The notes: generated from the sequence alone by a model not told the origin. A DNA stretch of 63,727 nucleotides, filler included, from Phoronis australis (GCA_002633005.1; 10 parts of 10 records of this genome joined end to end with filler, not necessarily neighbours in it); one strand, 5' to 3'; positions 38,505-51,457 are shown, counted from the first letter of the whole stretch. Numbers and translations: made by a program.

Positions 38505-38653
38505 CTTCGTGAAAGTCTAGATGTCTATGTAGGTCAGCTGAGTTGGAGAAACCCTTTGTGCAATAGGGGCAGGAGTAGAGCTGGACACCGTCCAATCGTA
38601 CCACAGGTAAGCAGGCGGTGGACCGGTCAACATGGTCCTTGACCACTGTCAAT
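38505..38653 (-). CDS. ZF gene exon with one C2H2 finger (YSCPYCTKGFSNSADLHRHLDFH)
   Basis: actag acceptor, GTGAG donor, phases 2 to 1. The linker HEGIRAF is completed by the next exon. Confidence 0.88.
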
Positions 38654-39042
38654 CTAGTTATAGGGAGAATAAGTCATACAGTTTGCGCACAAGTTACCTT
38701 ACATCAAACTATTTAAAGTTATGTAATACTAACATTCAAAATTATCTGATTTTCAAACATTTTCTATAGCCAACAGGGTTACCAATTTAAGCTATCTAAT
38801 GAGCAGAAACAGATCTTTTGAAGGTTTACTCAGTGATAAACCATTAAACACAAATGGGAAACACAGATTATGTCAGCTGAGAAGCTCCAACACTGTTGTG
38901 GTCTCACAGCACTCATTAGATACTACAAGATAACGGCACTGAAGTCCCCATGACAAACTAACTTTCAAAATGTAATCAAAATTCTAGCAATATACCAAGT
39001 CCCACTCTCAATATGAAGCCAAATAAATGCCAATGAGTGTAC

Positions 39043-39175
39043 CTGGAGCTGGTCCTGGACAGGCAGGAGAACGGTCTCTTTGGGCTCGTGTCTACGATTG
39101 TCAAGTTCTTCTTGAGGTCATCCAGTCCACTAGGGGGCACCCAAATACCACTACTGCTCTTCACTGACGATGCAG
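39043..39175 (-). CDS. ZF gene exon (ASSVKSSSGIWVPPSGLDDLKKNLTIVDTSPKRPF...)
   Basis: gtacag acceptor, GTACAC donor, phases 1 to 2 consistent. Confidence 0.75.
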
Positions 39176-39647
39176 CTGTACCAAATAGAAATCACATGTG
39201 AAACAGTTGTAATCACCCAGTAACAACAAAATGTGTGGAAGTACGGCCACTAACATACATCACACCAACGACATATATCACATGTGAAACTGGGTCTAAT
39301 GGGCTCCCTTGGAAATTAAAGAGGAATTCTGTAGTATTGGCAGCAACAGCGCCCTCATCGGTCACGAACTTGAAACATCAGTTTGACAATGCTGGCAGTT
39401 TACCTACCATAAGTTCTATGATCAATTTGAAATTTCTTAGCAAAAAATTTGTGAAACTGACGACTTCCTTTCCACTCATGTTCCACAGATGAGTCCCACA
39501 GCGCCCCCTGCTGGTAACACTCTTCATAAATTAATAGAAGATTCACATATCAACATTTCCAGGAAATATGTTTGTTATTCCTTGAAACCGTCTAGTCAAT
39601 TATCTTTCAAAAGTTAAATTTATTTTATTGCGTAAAGTAAATCTGAC

Positions 39648-39857
39648 CACTCCTTCTGGTGCCAGCTGATGGACCAGTCCTCTGCCCTACAGTCTTGTTA
39701 GACTCAGCTTTAACTGTGCTGGAGGGGGCATCACTGGTCACAGTCTCACTGTCAGCATCACAACAGTCAAGCAGCAATGGTAATGAGGTGTCATCTATTG
39801 GCTCCTGTTTGATCACCACATCTGTGGCGTAGTTTACATTCTGCTTCACCTCAACAT
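39648..39857 (-). CDS. ZF gene exon (DVEVKQN...VIKQEPIDD...TRRS)
   Basis: tatttcag acceptor, GTCAG donor, 210 nt, phase 1 to 1. Confidence 0.78.
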
Positions 39858-39876
39858 CTGAAATAAGAACGTAATC

Positions 39877-40155
39877 GTAAGACTATGGCAGAAGGCCAGT
39901 CAACACGTGTCTGTCACACTATACACTGTAAGACTACACAGAGAGCTAGTCAACACCTGTCTGTCACACTATACATTGTAAGACTACACAGAGACCTAGT
40001 CAACACCTGTCTGTCACACTATACACTGTAAGACTACACACAGAGCTAGTCAAAACCTGTCTGTCACACTATACATTGTAAGACTACACAGAGAGCTAGT
40101 CAAAACCTGTCTGTCACACTATACACTGTAAGAATATACAGAGAGCCAGTCAACA
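39877..40155. repeat. Intronic 50-bp tandem repeat, about 5.5 copies
   Basis: GTAAGACTACACAGAGAGCTAGTCAACACCTGTCTGTCACACTATACACT units. Confidence 0.9.
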
Positions 40156-40207
40156 TGGAACCTAGAGTAAGTTATTTTATTAATGAGTAATCGGGTAATA
40201 CACTTAC

Positions 40208-41837
40208 CTGTTGACGCGACAGGCTCCACTGATTGTTTAGACTCAATAGATTGCTTCAATGCCGTCTTGACAGCACGTTTCTTCAGCGATGTGATCAAGC
40301 TGGAGATACCGTTTGGACCAATACCACTGTGGAAACGCAGAAAGTGCTGAAGAAGGTTGCGGCGCTCGCTAAAACCCTTGCCACACTCGCGGCAGAAACT
40401 GTGCTTCTCTCCTGTATGGATACGCTCATGTCGCCGCAATGCAAATGGTTTGGAAAATGATTTGTTGCAAACCCGGCAGATGGTACGATTGCGTGAGGTG
40501 GAGATACGCAGACTGCTGTTGGAATTGTCATGCACGCGACACACTTCTGGTTTCTTGGTGCCAACAGGCCGACTACCATTAGAAGCAGCACTACCAGCTA
40601 TAGACTGACTACTTGCACAATCAGTATTACGACTTGCTTTCTTATTACTGCCGGTAGCAGGTATTACCCTTGGAGGTTTTAAATCGAACGGGATCTTCAG
40701 ATGCATCCTAGCAAAGTGAATAGTAGCCTTCTCATAATCCTGGAAGATGGTACGGCAACGATGACACTTGTACAGGAACCTCGTCTCACCAGTTTCAACA
40801 TCCCTACCTTCTATACAGCTGAGTATAGTCTTCTCCTCTTTGACGATAACACGTGGACCCAGGACGGCACCAGCATTCAGCTTGACAGAGGATGCTTTTT
40901 GAGAGGGCTCGGTACTACTCTCAAGAACCACCGAGGTGACCGGAGGTTCACATATAGCATCATGGCTGGCCATGTCTGAATTCGGTTGTAAACACACCAT
41001 AGGGTTCGCTATGACTGGCTGCAGAAAAACAGGCTCAATCACTTTACCTGTATCTGTTCCACTGCTGGTTGCCAATTGCAGCAGTGCTTCACCCTGTACA
41101 GAAGTGTCCCCTATTGTGGCCGGCTCATACTGGTCTTCAATCGATTTAGTTAATACAGCTTTTCTATTCATTCTCTCAAAGTCCAGTTGGCCCTTAGCGG
41201 TCATTTTGGGCTGTACAGTACGTCCGTCCTCAAAACGGATGCTGGTTTTGACACCTTGAACTGTCTTGCCATTCACTTCGTTAAAGTTGACCGGGTGAAA
41301 GACCAACCCATTCTTGCGACCTTTCACCGGAATGGCAGCTTTACGCCTGGCTGAACCAATGGATATTCGAGGCGCCTTCTGGATGGCTGCTGATTCAGTG
41401 ACAGTAGCGCCACCTTCCTCCTTTCTATCCTTATTGCCATGTTCCGACTGATCTGACATTGTGATACTTGCCTGGGAACGACGCTCTCCGATGGCCAGCA
41501 ATGACTCAAGCCTGGAGTTATTAGCCTCATGAGCGGGATTGATGACACCCTTGGATTTCTTGTTCAGTAGACTGATCATTATACGATGTGACGAGGCATT
41601 GGTTACCTCCACCAACTCTATGGGTCTCCAGCCTGCTTCCTGTTTCACAATGACTTCACCCGTCTTGCTGGCTCTGGAGGTGGACTCACTGGCACCACTC
41701 TCCGAGTCCAAATGAGGCTTCGTCTTCAGACGGTCGTATCGCTCTTGCAGACCCTGACTGAGCTCCACGTCAGCGTTGTGGCTCACCTTCATATGGTACA
41801 TCAAACTGCCTTTGGCACGGAAGCCTCTTTTGCACAC
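40208..41837 (-). CDS. ZF gene large exon (1630 nt) with four C2H2 fingers including an HTGEK linker
   Basis: 581-aa ORF, gttttgcag acceptor, GTAAGT donor. Fingers: [45 protein letters not shown]. Confidence 0.93.
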
Positions 41838-42609
41838 CTGCAAAACAAACAAACAAGCAAACAATTAGATCTCTATCTCTGCTTCATCAATTCTGTTAAT
41901 AATTCAACATTAATTGATCCTTTCATTAATACTCAGATTCCTTCTCAGCCAATCTGTGTATTTTATCATATAATTGTACAGGAATTCCATATGCACAGTA
42001 CAGGTGCACTGTGCAGCATTTAACCACCAAAACTACTATCTTACAAAAAAGAAATGAACTAAACCCCTTAGTTCGTAAACCTGGTCAAATAACAAATCCG
42101 TTATGAACATTAAAACCCTCAGTGGGTTAAAGAAAATGATTCAATGTTTGAGGTATACCAAAATGCAAATTGCAAATTCTAGAAAGGTGCATTGCTAGTC
42201 ACTTGAGTTACTGGCTCATGATTGGATGAGGGAGATGCTTTAGTTGAAATCAATACCATGGTTGTTGATGTTGCGATTTTGGGAACGAATACCGATCACA
42301 TTCCATGCGGAAATATTTAAATATCACGCAAAATTACCAACCAATGATTAGAAAATTCTACTCAAGATAAGAATCACTTCTGGAAAACGTTAGTCTCATC
42401 TTTTTGAGGCACTGCCGATGAGGGGTGGTGACATGGGGTTACATGGGGTGAAGGGGGTGGGGTGAATAACACCGGTGGGGTGATATGGGATGAATTGGTG
42501 GTGAAAGATGGTCGGGTGAGTTGGTGGAGGGGATAATTGGTGGAGGGGATAATTGGTGGGGGGGGGAGTGAATTTTCCCCTATATTTTCATTTTCCTCAA
42601 GGGAATAAN

Positions 42610-42967
42610 GCGACTGTACCCGCTTCAGATCATGTTCTGCGTGATGGCCACAGGTGACATAGAATTCACGTTTTGATGGTGACAGAGAACGCTCATCTTT
42701 GTCTTTATTCTCATCAGTGACAAACTTTGCCAGGGGCATGTCCTCACTGTTCTCACTATCATCCGCCTCGCCTTCATCCGACTTTGCTTCCGTTTTCACA
42801 TACTTGTTCACCGATGAACTTCTCAACTGACGGCCCTCATTTTCTACCTTCCGTTTGCGTGCCCCTGACAACTTCTCAGCAATGTTACTCTCTGGGTTCT
42901 CTATACCATGATCCATGTATTCATGATAGTGTAGGCTTCGTTTAGCTTTGAAGGACCGACTACACAC
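42610..42967 (-). CDS. ZF gene exon (VCSRSFKAKRSLHYHEYMDH..., RKRK NLS-like motif); 3' end lost at an assembly join
   Basis: cacag acceptor and a finger half-motif. Protein-like sequence stops at the single N at 42609. Confidence 0.85.
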
Positions 42968-44399
42968 CTGTGATGATGAAGAAGCAGAGAGAGTGTGTTA
43001 CAAACATGTTAAATGAGAGTGCAATCCAGTTGGATAGTACAGTCTATAACACAACAGATTAGTTAACAGTGGGGCAATGTGGGGCAATTCCGTGAAAAGG
43101 TCAACCTCGAGACAAAAAATCAAAATTGTGACTACACTAACAATTTTGGTCTCATCTGAAAGCCCATTCTCTCTAGTTTCAGGACCCATATTTGACTGTC
43201 CTATAACTTTCAATTTTTTTGTCACTTGACCCTAAAAAATTGGCTCGATTTTCATGTGTGTTGCTAATTATTATGATAAAAAAGCTAATTATTGGTATTT
43301 CACTATATTATCAAATTTGTGCAATCACATGAACCACAAACTTTATAAAAAATAACATTTCAACTTTGGCACATCATCGACCTCTTGGGGTCAAAAGTCA
43401 ACTCCTGGATAACATGGTGCCGTACGTCCATCACAAAAAAGTGTTAAAAAGTTTAGTTACGTTAAAAGTTTTCAGTGAAAATTAAAATAATTTCAGATTC
43501 TCTTTTAACTTGTTACTCAATACTATTGACCAAAGTTTTAAATCCCAGGGATAATTTGTTAAGTCAGAAATTGCGTGACAGGCATACAGCACACCTAAGA
43601 AATTTAAAACAATACAATATTACAAAGGCAGCTTCAAATTTACGTGAATAAGTTGCTACAGATTTAAACTAAATGCATTGGATTTTTTAATTTCAAAAGT
43701 ATTTGTAGAAAAGTGGTAGTTTGCAATGTCATCTAGCTAATCTTAGTAGAATTCAACTTATTAAAATCACACAGTTGGCCCACATTATAAAATGTAAATG
43801 AAACAAAATGCTAATTAATGAACCTATTGTTTATATGTTGTTACCACGTGTTTGTAAAGAAATGCTTTAGTTACCTTTTGGGAAATTCAAGATGCAAAAA
43901 TCTTCAGACAAAAGAATTTCTAAGGTGCTCTAGAGTATAAATAACAAGAGACCTAAAGGAATACATGTCAAGTTGCTACTGCGCTGGAATCAACATGTTA
44001 TTTCTGCTCCGACCTGCTATGCTGTGTTGGGTGTTGAAAAAGCCAATACTAGGCATTTTTAATCGGTAGGAACTTTTCACCTACTTTATTGGGCATTTTT
44101 TGTCACAGCCTCACTGATTGTTTTCACCCTTTTGTGTTTTTCAGTGTATAGGGTCATTGGGTGGCTTGTATGAAATGATTCAAAGCAAATGATTACATTG
44201 TCTCATCTTACGTATTTTTGATCCCTCAATCTTTTTAAGAATCGGACTTATTTTTTTTTCTGCTGAGCTTCCAGGAGATTAAACCGGCATTTAGAAACAA
44301 TAAAGGAAATTGTTGGAGACCATCAAAAGAACAGATGCAACTGGGAAAAGAATAAATAAAAAAGCAAAACAACACTGCAGGTGGTCAGATGTCATTTTG

Positions 44400-44830
44400 C
44401 GGTGCATCAGACGTGCGCAGGCCTCATGGTTGGGACCATTGCACAAAACACCTGAGCAAAAGCACGAGAGCTCAATTATGGCTCCTCGTGAAGAAAGTTT
44501 TCAAGTCTGCCAGTCTCCTTTAGGAAAACGGACAGCCGTTTCCATTTGTTGCCATGCACTATATGTTGTAGGCATGTAACAGTGCCATCCAGTAGGTTGC
44601 TCATTAGCCTATAAAAAGCTGGGCAAGACTCTACCAGGTGTTTAGGAGATTGTACATCAGTACCACACTCGGGACACACAGGGCTCCCCATACGCCCAGT
44701 GATGTGTCAGTCTGGCTAGGTTGCCGAGGCCCGTCAAAATTTGAATGACATGTCTTATACCCAATCTAGCTAGACTCAGAAGGTTTTTTGAACCATTCAA
44801 TTTGATCACTTTGGAAAAAAAAAACCTACC
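44400..44830 (-). mobile_element. 5'-truncated non-LTR retrotransposon 3' end (I-group, Loa/I/R1-like), frameshifted
   Basis: VIQILTGLGNL followed, in a shifted frame, by SPVCPECGTDVQSPKHLVESCPAF...LSVFLKETGRL. This is the C-terminal CCHC knuckle of LINE ORF2. Confidence 0.8.
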
Positions 44831-46835
44831 CGAATGATTTTTGAAACTCGAAAAAAATTCCATCATGGATCACGAAATTCATAATTATTGTACTTGTGCG
44901 TACTGTGATGTGACATTACTTAAAGCAGCCTCTCCTTAAATTTGAAAGGAGGCATGAGTTAAAGAGCTGGATGAAAACCTAATCATGCTAATCACTAAAT
45001 AGAAACCAACATCTGATAAGTTAGTTCTACATATTCCTAAATCATAATCCTAAATGCAATTATTAATTAAAAAATGTCTTGCTTTCACAGACAGCCCAGG
45101 TGATTTCAATATGAATGCCAAAAGTCGATGTTGTCTACTAAACCATGCTTCACACTTTGTTTTGAGAAGATACTTAAGTCCTGTTACTAATACTTTTAAA
45201 AACCCATGATTATTACTTATATGGCATTCATCAGAACCATCGACGGCATGGTCCAGAGAATAATTTTATGCAAGCTTAGGGCGAGTTCAATTTTAAAAAA
45301 ACAATTAATTAAAATGTGTTTTTATGACAGTGGTTAGTAATGTTTTAAAATTTTATTTCAGATTTTATATTTTGACAGTCACATTTACTTATTGGTTTTG
45401 AATTAATATTCTATTTAACACATAAAAACAGGTTTTCCTGATAACTAGTAGTTGTCAAATACAAAATGATTATCACTCTTATTTCCACTTATATGGCTTA
45501 CCATCTTCAAAGGGAAGTGGAGATTTTAGGTGATTGTTTTATATCTTTAATCAAATGTATTGAAAAGTTAAAATCCTCCTAGCATAGGCCTACCTGTGAT
45601 GATTTCATATGAAAGGTCAATCGGTACATTTTAATTAAAAAACATTTAATTAGTAGCAAAAGACCAATATAGCTTAAATACTGCAAAAGCTTGAATCATT
45701 TTAAGTTGATATCTTAGTCACAACAAACAATTTAATACTAGAAATTCAGACGTTTTTGGATGCCCTGGCAAGGACACCCTATGTATCATTTGGACGCCCA
45801 CTGTCAATAGGAACCTTTCAAGTTTGAACTCACACATTGTAATGAATACTAGGAAGCCTCTGAAGTCTTGGTCTACACACTCCAGTTTTTTTAGTAAAAA
45901 TGCTCACCATAGAAGGCTGTTTTATAAACTTAGATGTAAAAACCTTGATCTATGCATTTTTTGTAAAAAAATCTGTGTGTTTGGGGGTAGGGTGTTACGC
46001 GTCGGAATCATGGACGCCCTGGAATATTGAGAACCCCATTTTGGACACCCTATTTTCAAAATCCTGTATAAAGGCCTGACGTCCGTCACACTAACTCAAC
46101 TTCTATCGAGCTGTCTGACAAAAATTTCTTAAAAGATATCATCAAAAAATAGTGTGTTGTACTTTGAAAACATTCCACTATATCATCATACAAAACAAAA
46201 AATTCTAACTTAATGCAACTCACAGATAATTCAAGTTAAAATTAAAAAAAAATTGAATTCTCTGCATACATCCGTCACACCCCTTTAAAGGCAATTTTCT
46301 CAGTCAGATTAAAAGATAGGGGAAAAATTGATACATGCCTTGAAAGGTATCAGTGAGACCTATGAAGTGATGTATTACTTATTTTCCTGGGATGAAAATA
46401 TTTTTCCCAATTGATCAAAATGTTCTGTGATTGTACGTCCGTCACAAATGTACATGCCCAGTGATCATACCATGTCATCACCAGCCAATTATAACCTTGA
46501 CATTTATGGTGTGATATCTGCAAGACGGCTACTTCACTGAATAGTTTACTCCCTGTTTACATATTTTTGCAACTAATTATATTTTCCGAGCAGTCTGAAT
46601 ATTTCTTTCTTACTATTACAACATGTCATCAGCTGTCACAGCCAAGGTTGGTTCCATCAACCTCAAAATATTTCCATGTACTTGCCGTGAAGAAATTCAA
46701 TTCCAACACTCGAGCCCCACCTAATCACTTCAGTGGCAGTAGTTTTAGTCCAGTAAGATTGCGGGTATTCTCATGAAATACGAGCTTTTCACTAACGTGA
46801 TTTTGTGAGACTTTACTGGTGACACAATAAAACAA

Positions 46836-46998
46836 GTCAGCAGAATGCAGAACTAGGTCAGCAGAATGCAGAACTAGGTCAGCAGAATGCAGAACTAGGT
46901 CAGCAGAATGCAGAACTAGGTCAGCAGAATGCAGAACTAGGTCAGCAGAATGCAGAACTAGGTCAGCAGAATGCAGAACTAGGTCAGCAGAATGCAGA
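46836..46998. repeat. 21-bp minisatellite GTCAGCAGAATGCAGAACTAG, about 8 copies, running into a gap
   Basis: Direct. Confidence 0.95.
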
Positions 46999-47179
46999 NN
47001 NNNNNNNNNNNNNNNNNNNNNNNNNNNNNNNNNNNNNNNNNNTTAATTAATTAANNNNNNNNNNNNNNNNNNNNNNNNNNNNNNNNNNNNNNNNNNNNCC
47101 TGGTACGGGAATTGGGGATAGTTAGGCCTATAAAAGATCTTTAACCCAGCCGCAGAGCGTCTAAAGCCGCGCACCGTAC

Positions 47180-47268
47180 CAGTGACTGCTGGCAACTCAT
47201 CGGAGACTCAACTTTAACATCCTTCGCCGCAGAGATAACAACTCTTGGGCTGTCTCCGGTGAGTCCAT
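47180..47268 (-). CDS. Probable first coding exon of the ZF gene (MDSPETAQELLSL/AAKDVKVESPMSCQQSL), needing a 1-nt correction
   Basis: ATG at 47268 and CTG|GTACGG donor. It contains a VKVE motif like the other exons and lies below an AACATGGCG (YY1-like) motif near 47430. As assembled, the frame from this ATG hits TGA. Confidence 0.4.
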
Positions 47269-48888
47269 TCTTTGTTGAATGATGTTTAGATAAATATTTT
47301 TGTACAAAACAGAAACATTGTGCAAAGTTGCTTTTTATATCAGCTTTCATCAAAATGTATCAAAGTTAAAACTTCACCAAGTACAAAATAGCCGATTGAA
47401 CATGCCGTTCAGTTCAGCAGAAGTCGCCATGTTGTCAGGAGCCGCCCGAAATGAGACCAAGTCCAAAGGCAAGCATTTTTATCACTCAATAAATACTATC
47501 TACTTGGCTGAAATCCAATGAAAACTATTTAATCGCTCAGAATAGTAGGTGTAGATCTATGTTTTTGTACAAAAATATAAGGCATATTCTAATTATTGCA
47601 GTGTGAATATCCCATTCAGTTGACCATACACTCAGCTTAAAAACAGTTGGGAAAGTTTTGAAATCGTTTTTTCTTTGAAAGTCAATTGCGCTTCAAGGTT
47701 TGAATATGTGTCACAACATAATGCATTTTTTTTCTAAATTTTACGTATCAATCGCTCCTTCAATACATGCGTTGGTAACTTTTTGCTTTCTTAATTCAAG
47801 TTATGAAGGCCCAACATGTGAAGGCTCTTAATTACAGTAGTAGATCATGTTGGATTGTGAACGTTCCAGCCTCCAATCCTTTTTCCACAGAAATTCTTAT
47901 TTTTTCAAATCATGCTTGTCGACTTCTAATGTAACAAATACCTGGTCGCCATGGTAATAGTTAGGCATATCCACTTTTATATCATGTAAATTTGTCTTTT
48001 TGTTGGATAACGTTTGTAATGCCTAAATGTTAAAGTACTGTGCATTCTAAGTTACTTATTTTGGTAAAAGATTAGATCACATACTGTATAAACTTTACTG
48101 TACTGAGATTATTTTAGTTGTGACTTATGTACAGTAGCGGTAACCTTCAACTACCTTGAAAGTCTTTCACTGTAGAAACCAAATAGGTAATTCCGACTGA
48201 AAGCACTTGATTTTAATTTGAATTGTGGATTAAATCAGAATCGTCCTCTGATTTGTTCTTTGACTTCTATGACTCAGTGACCAAAGCATGGTAGAATTAA
48301 CTTGTCGTAATGAATGGCTGAAATAATATGTTCACTGGCATCTCCAGGTAATATTTTTGATGCCTTGGGTTTGTTATTATTTTAATACATTAACACGTGA
48401 ATTTAAAAAACCAAGTTAAGAAGACTTCCATTTCAAGTGTCCTTGGAATTCTGTCATTGAGATTGCCACCTCCACTCAAATTTCAATTATATACGTGGTT
48501 AAATTAAAACGTGACACCCTTTTTATTCACAACTGAAAATACACTGGTTTTTACATCTTCTTGGCGAAAAACAATTTAATTAGGCCAATAATTGGAGTTG
48601 AAAAAAATTATCAAGTGAAGCAAGCAAAATTTTGGAGGGTTGACTGCTTGTAGCCATTGCAATACACAGCTGTCTTCCTGAACTGACATCAGACAGTTAT
48701 GTAACCACATATGCCTGGTCTCAGAATTGACTCTCTGAAGTCGGAAAAGGTCATTACTGCTGGGCTTTTCTCATTAACCAAGCTGTTCGGACAAGAACTG
48801 CCCTGTGCAACTGATTCACACAGTCCTATTATTTGTTTTGAAAAGCAGTTGTTTTGGTGTGACACCATGTCTTTAAATAAAAATACGA

Positions 48889-48940
48889 GTTGATTAAGCA
48901 AAAATACGCGTTGATTAAGCAAAACTACGCGTTGATTAAG
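48889..48940. repeat. 21-bp unit GTTGATTAAGCAAAA[A/C]TACGC, about 2.5 copies
   Basis: Direct. Confidence 0.8.
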
Positions 48941-49300
48941 CCCATTTCTAGTCGTGCAGAAAGTCACTCGTTTAAGAACTCTTCGGCGCCTCATACATGT
49001 ATTTTGCGCTTTTTATTGCCCATCTTTCCAGAGACTATTATTTTATCTTTAGGATATTTGTACACTCATATTTCTGTACGTTATCAGTCATAATAAATGA
49101 CCTTATATCGCCTATACACGGTTTCCTTTGTATCTCTGGAAACGGAGCTTGCGACGCACCTATTATTTTCGGGACATATTCTGAACATAAATTGCATCAC
49201 TTGGCGTCTACAGCTGTCTTAAGTATTAGTTATCTTGGAAATACTTTTCCAAACCTTGTACTTTCAACAAAGCTAATATTTTGATTTAAGCAACGACTCA

Positions 49301-49500
49301 GAGCAGAAAGTGTGGCTCAGTTGTTTGAGCTCCGGGCTCTCATTTTGGACTGTCCCGGGTTCGAATCCAGACACTCGACCATTGCACAAAGGTGTGTCCT
49401 ACTGCACTGAGCTCGGTCTTGCTAGTGAATGAATGCAAGGGAGTAAATGAGAACCAGGATAGGCCTATAATGCGAAAACGATTTCTGGTGCAGTGCTCAT
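49301..49500 (+). mobile_element. tRNA-derived SINE
   Basis: A box TGGCTCAGTTG at 49313-49323 and B box GGTTCGAATCC at 49358-49368. No intact cloverleaf; followed by a non-tRNA body. Confidence 0.65.
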
Positions 49501-49715
49501 GATTAAAATTTAAGGCTACGACCAGGGCCGTAGGAAGCGGNNNNNNNNNNNNNNNNNNNNNNNNNNNNNNNNNNNNNNNNNNNNTTAATTAATTAANNNN
49601 NNNNNNNNNNNNNNNNNNNNNNNNNNNNNNNNNNNNNNNNATACACTCAGCCAAAACCTGTATACATTATGTCAGTGTTCCTCACTGTACATCCATAAAC
49701 ACTGACTTCACTTAC

Positions 49716-49864
49716 CTCAATGTCACCCCAATCGTCATCATCTCCCCAACCTGCATCACTAGGCTCCTCCTCCTCTGTGGGCGTATCTTTAACCCTGTCT
49801 TCTTGTGGTGTTCTTTCTGGTGTGGGAGTGGAGGCTGCCAAACTTTTAACCTGACCAGCAGGTT
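49716..49864 (-). CDS. SCYL1: SCYL1 exon (acidic, GWGDDDDWGDIE)
   Basis: atttcag acceptor, GTAAGT donor, in phase with the upstream SCYL1 exon. W-acidic motifs are typical of the SCYL1 tail. Confidence 0.85.
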
Positions 49865-50667
49865 CTGAAATAAAAAACAATGACACAGAATAAATTTTGG
49901 TTTATTAAATAAGCTAACAGTATTGCCAAAATGTCAGCAAAAACATGAAATTGTTGTTCTCAATAATTTTCGAAGAGACTTCAAATTCTTTTCGAATTTG
50001 CTTCCAACTGCCCTCAAATTTATGCTTCCCTCAAGTTTTCCTCTCTGCTGTCATTCAAGACCACAAACCTATTCAAGTTTTCTTTTGCTTCTGTTTCTGT
50101 CAATAATTTGGACAATTGTTGCTTTGATATAAAACTGATGAAGTCTTTATCCTTTTCTCCACAATCTTCACACTGGCTACTGTGAAACCAGAGGTCTGCA
50201 GTTGTATCACATAAATTGTTGACTTTGAGTAATGAAGCATAGAATACAATAATTATACCTTACTCCTGACAGACGAAAACTTTTAAATCACTTTCAAGAC
50301 AATTGGCATACAACAAGGCAACAACTTGTGGCAGTCCAAGCAAGTCTTGAATTGTTTGACAAAAAACACGAAACGCTACAAATGGATGTAGGTTTTTTGT
50401 CATTTGCTGCCAAAGCTAAGATGGATTGAGGCAAAAAATTAACATTCAGAACTGAGGACAATCCTTTGTCGAGGCCTCAATATGTTAGAAACTCAAATGG
50501 AAAACTACCTTGAGGAGTAAGTCACCAGACTAAATAAGGTGACAGTTGACTGCAGTCCAGTGAAACTCAAATAATTTAGTAAATAAAAATTGAGCAACAT
50601 TAACCACTGCTCAACATGCATCCCTGAAAATTTGACCAAGAATTACCCAAAATGCCATACTATCTAC

Positions 50668-50802
50668 CTTTGGAAGGTGGTTTCCCATCAGGTGGTTTTG
50701 TCTTCACAAACTTGGACGTAATAGAGCTCATTCCTGTAACAGCCCAACCAGCCCAGCTAGCAGCTGAACTAGCAGCACTGCCGCCCATTTTCACATCTTT
50801 TT
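50668..50802 (-). CDS. SCYL1: SCYL1 exon (EKDVKMGG...[18 protein letters not shown])
   Basis: [14 protein letters not shown] is a SCYL1 hallmark. tag acceptor, GTAGA donor, phase 1 to 1. Confidence 0.93.
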
Positions 50803-51457
50803 CTATAAGATAAGAATGCAATATTACAACCTAGATCTAATGATCAGGCATTACAGCAAGTCAGATTCATTTCCAAAATCAAATTTTTGGCTGGAATACA
50901 TGTCAGAGCTGTTTTAGTCGGAGGGTTGGTTTTTCTAATTTTTCACAATTGCCCCGTGGTCAGTATGAGATTAATGGCTTGTATCTGCAGACAGATTTGC
51001 ACAAATTTGTAGTTGACAGGTTTGCAGGTTACAACAAGGATGGCAAAGAAGTTAAAAATAATGCAATTTATGAGCCAACATGTAAGCAGTAATGCTTAGG
51101 GAACATAAAGACATGTTGCCAAGTTAATTCCAAAAGTGGAAGCACTGAGAAAAGCTTTTAAGCAATGCGAATGCTATAATTGTGACACTGATACTAAATA
51201 TCTGTGATTGAGGCTAAACCACTCATTTACTTGTCTTGAGCAAATAGTTGATAGAGCAGTCAAGGGGAAATGAGTGTACTGCACTGCAAACATGTGATTT
51301 GCATGGAAAGCAAGAAAGTCTATTGGATTGTTGATGTTGATGGCCAGGAGGAAATAAGAGGCGGTTAGCGGGAAGTGGGGGGAGGGCTTGTGGTGCTAAT
51401 TCATTCTTACACCCCACGGGTGGTCACTAGGTCTGTGAGTTGGCGTGGGATACTTGC

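Noticed and set aside
49301-49380. tRNA gene
   Set aside because: A and B boxes are present, but the acceptor and anticodon stems do not pair, so it is treated as a SINE head.
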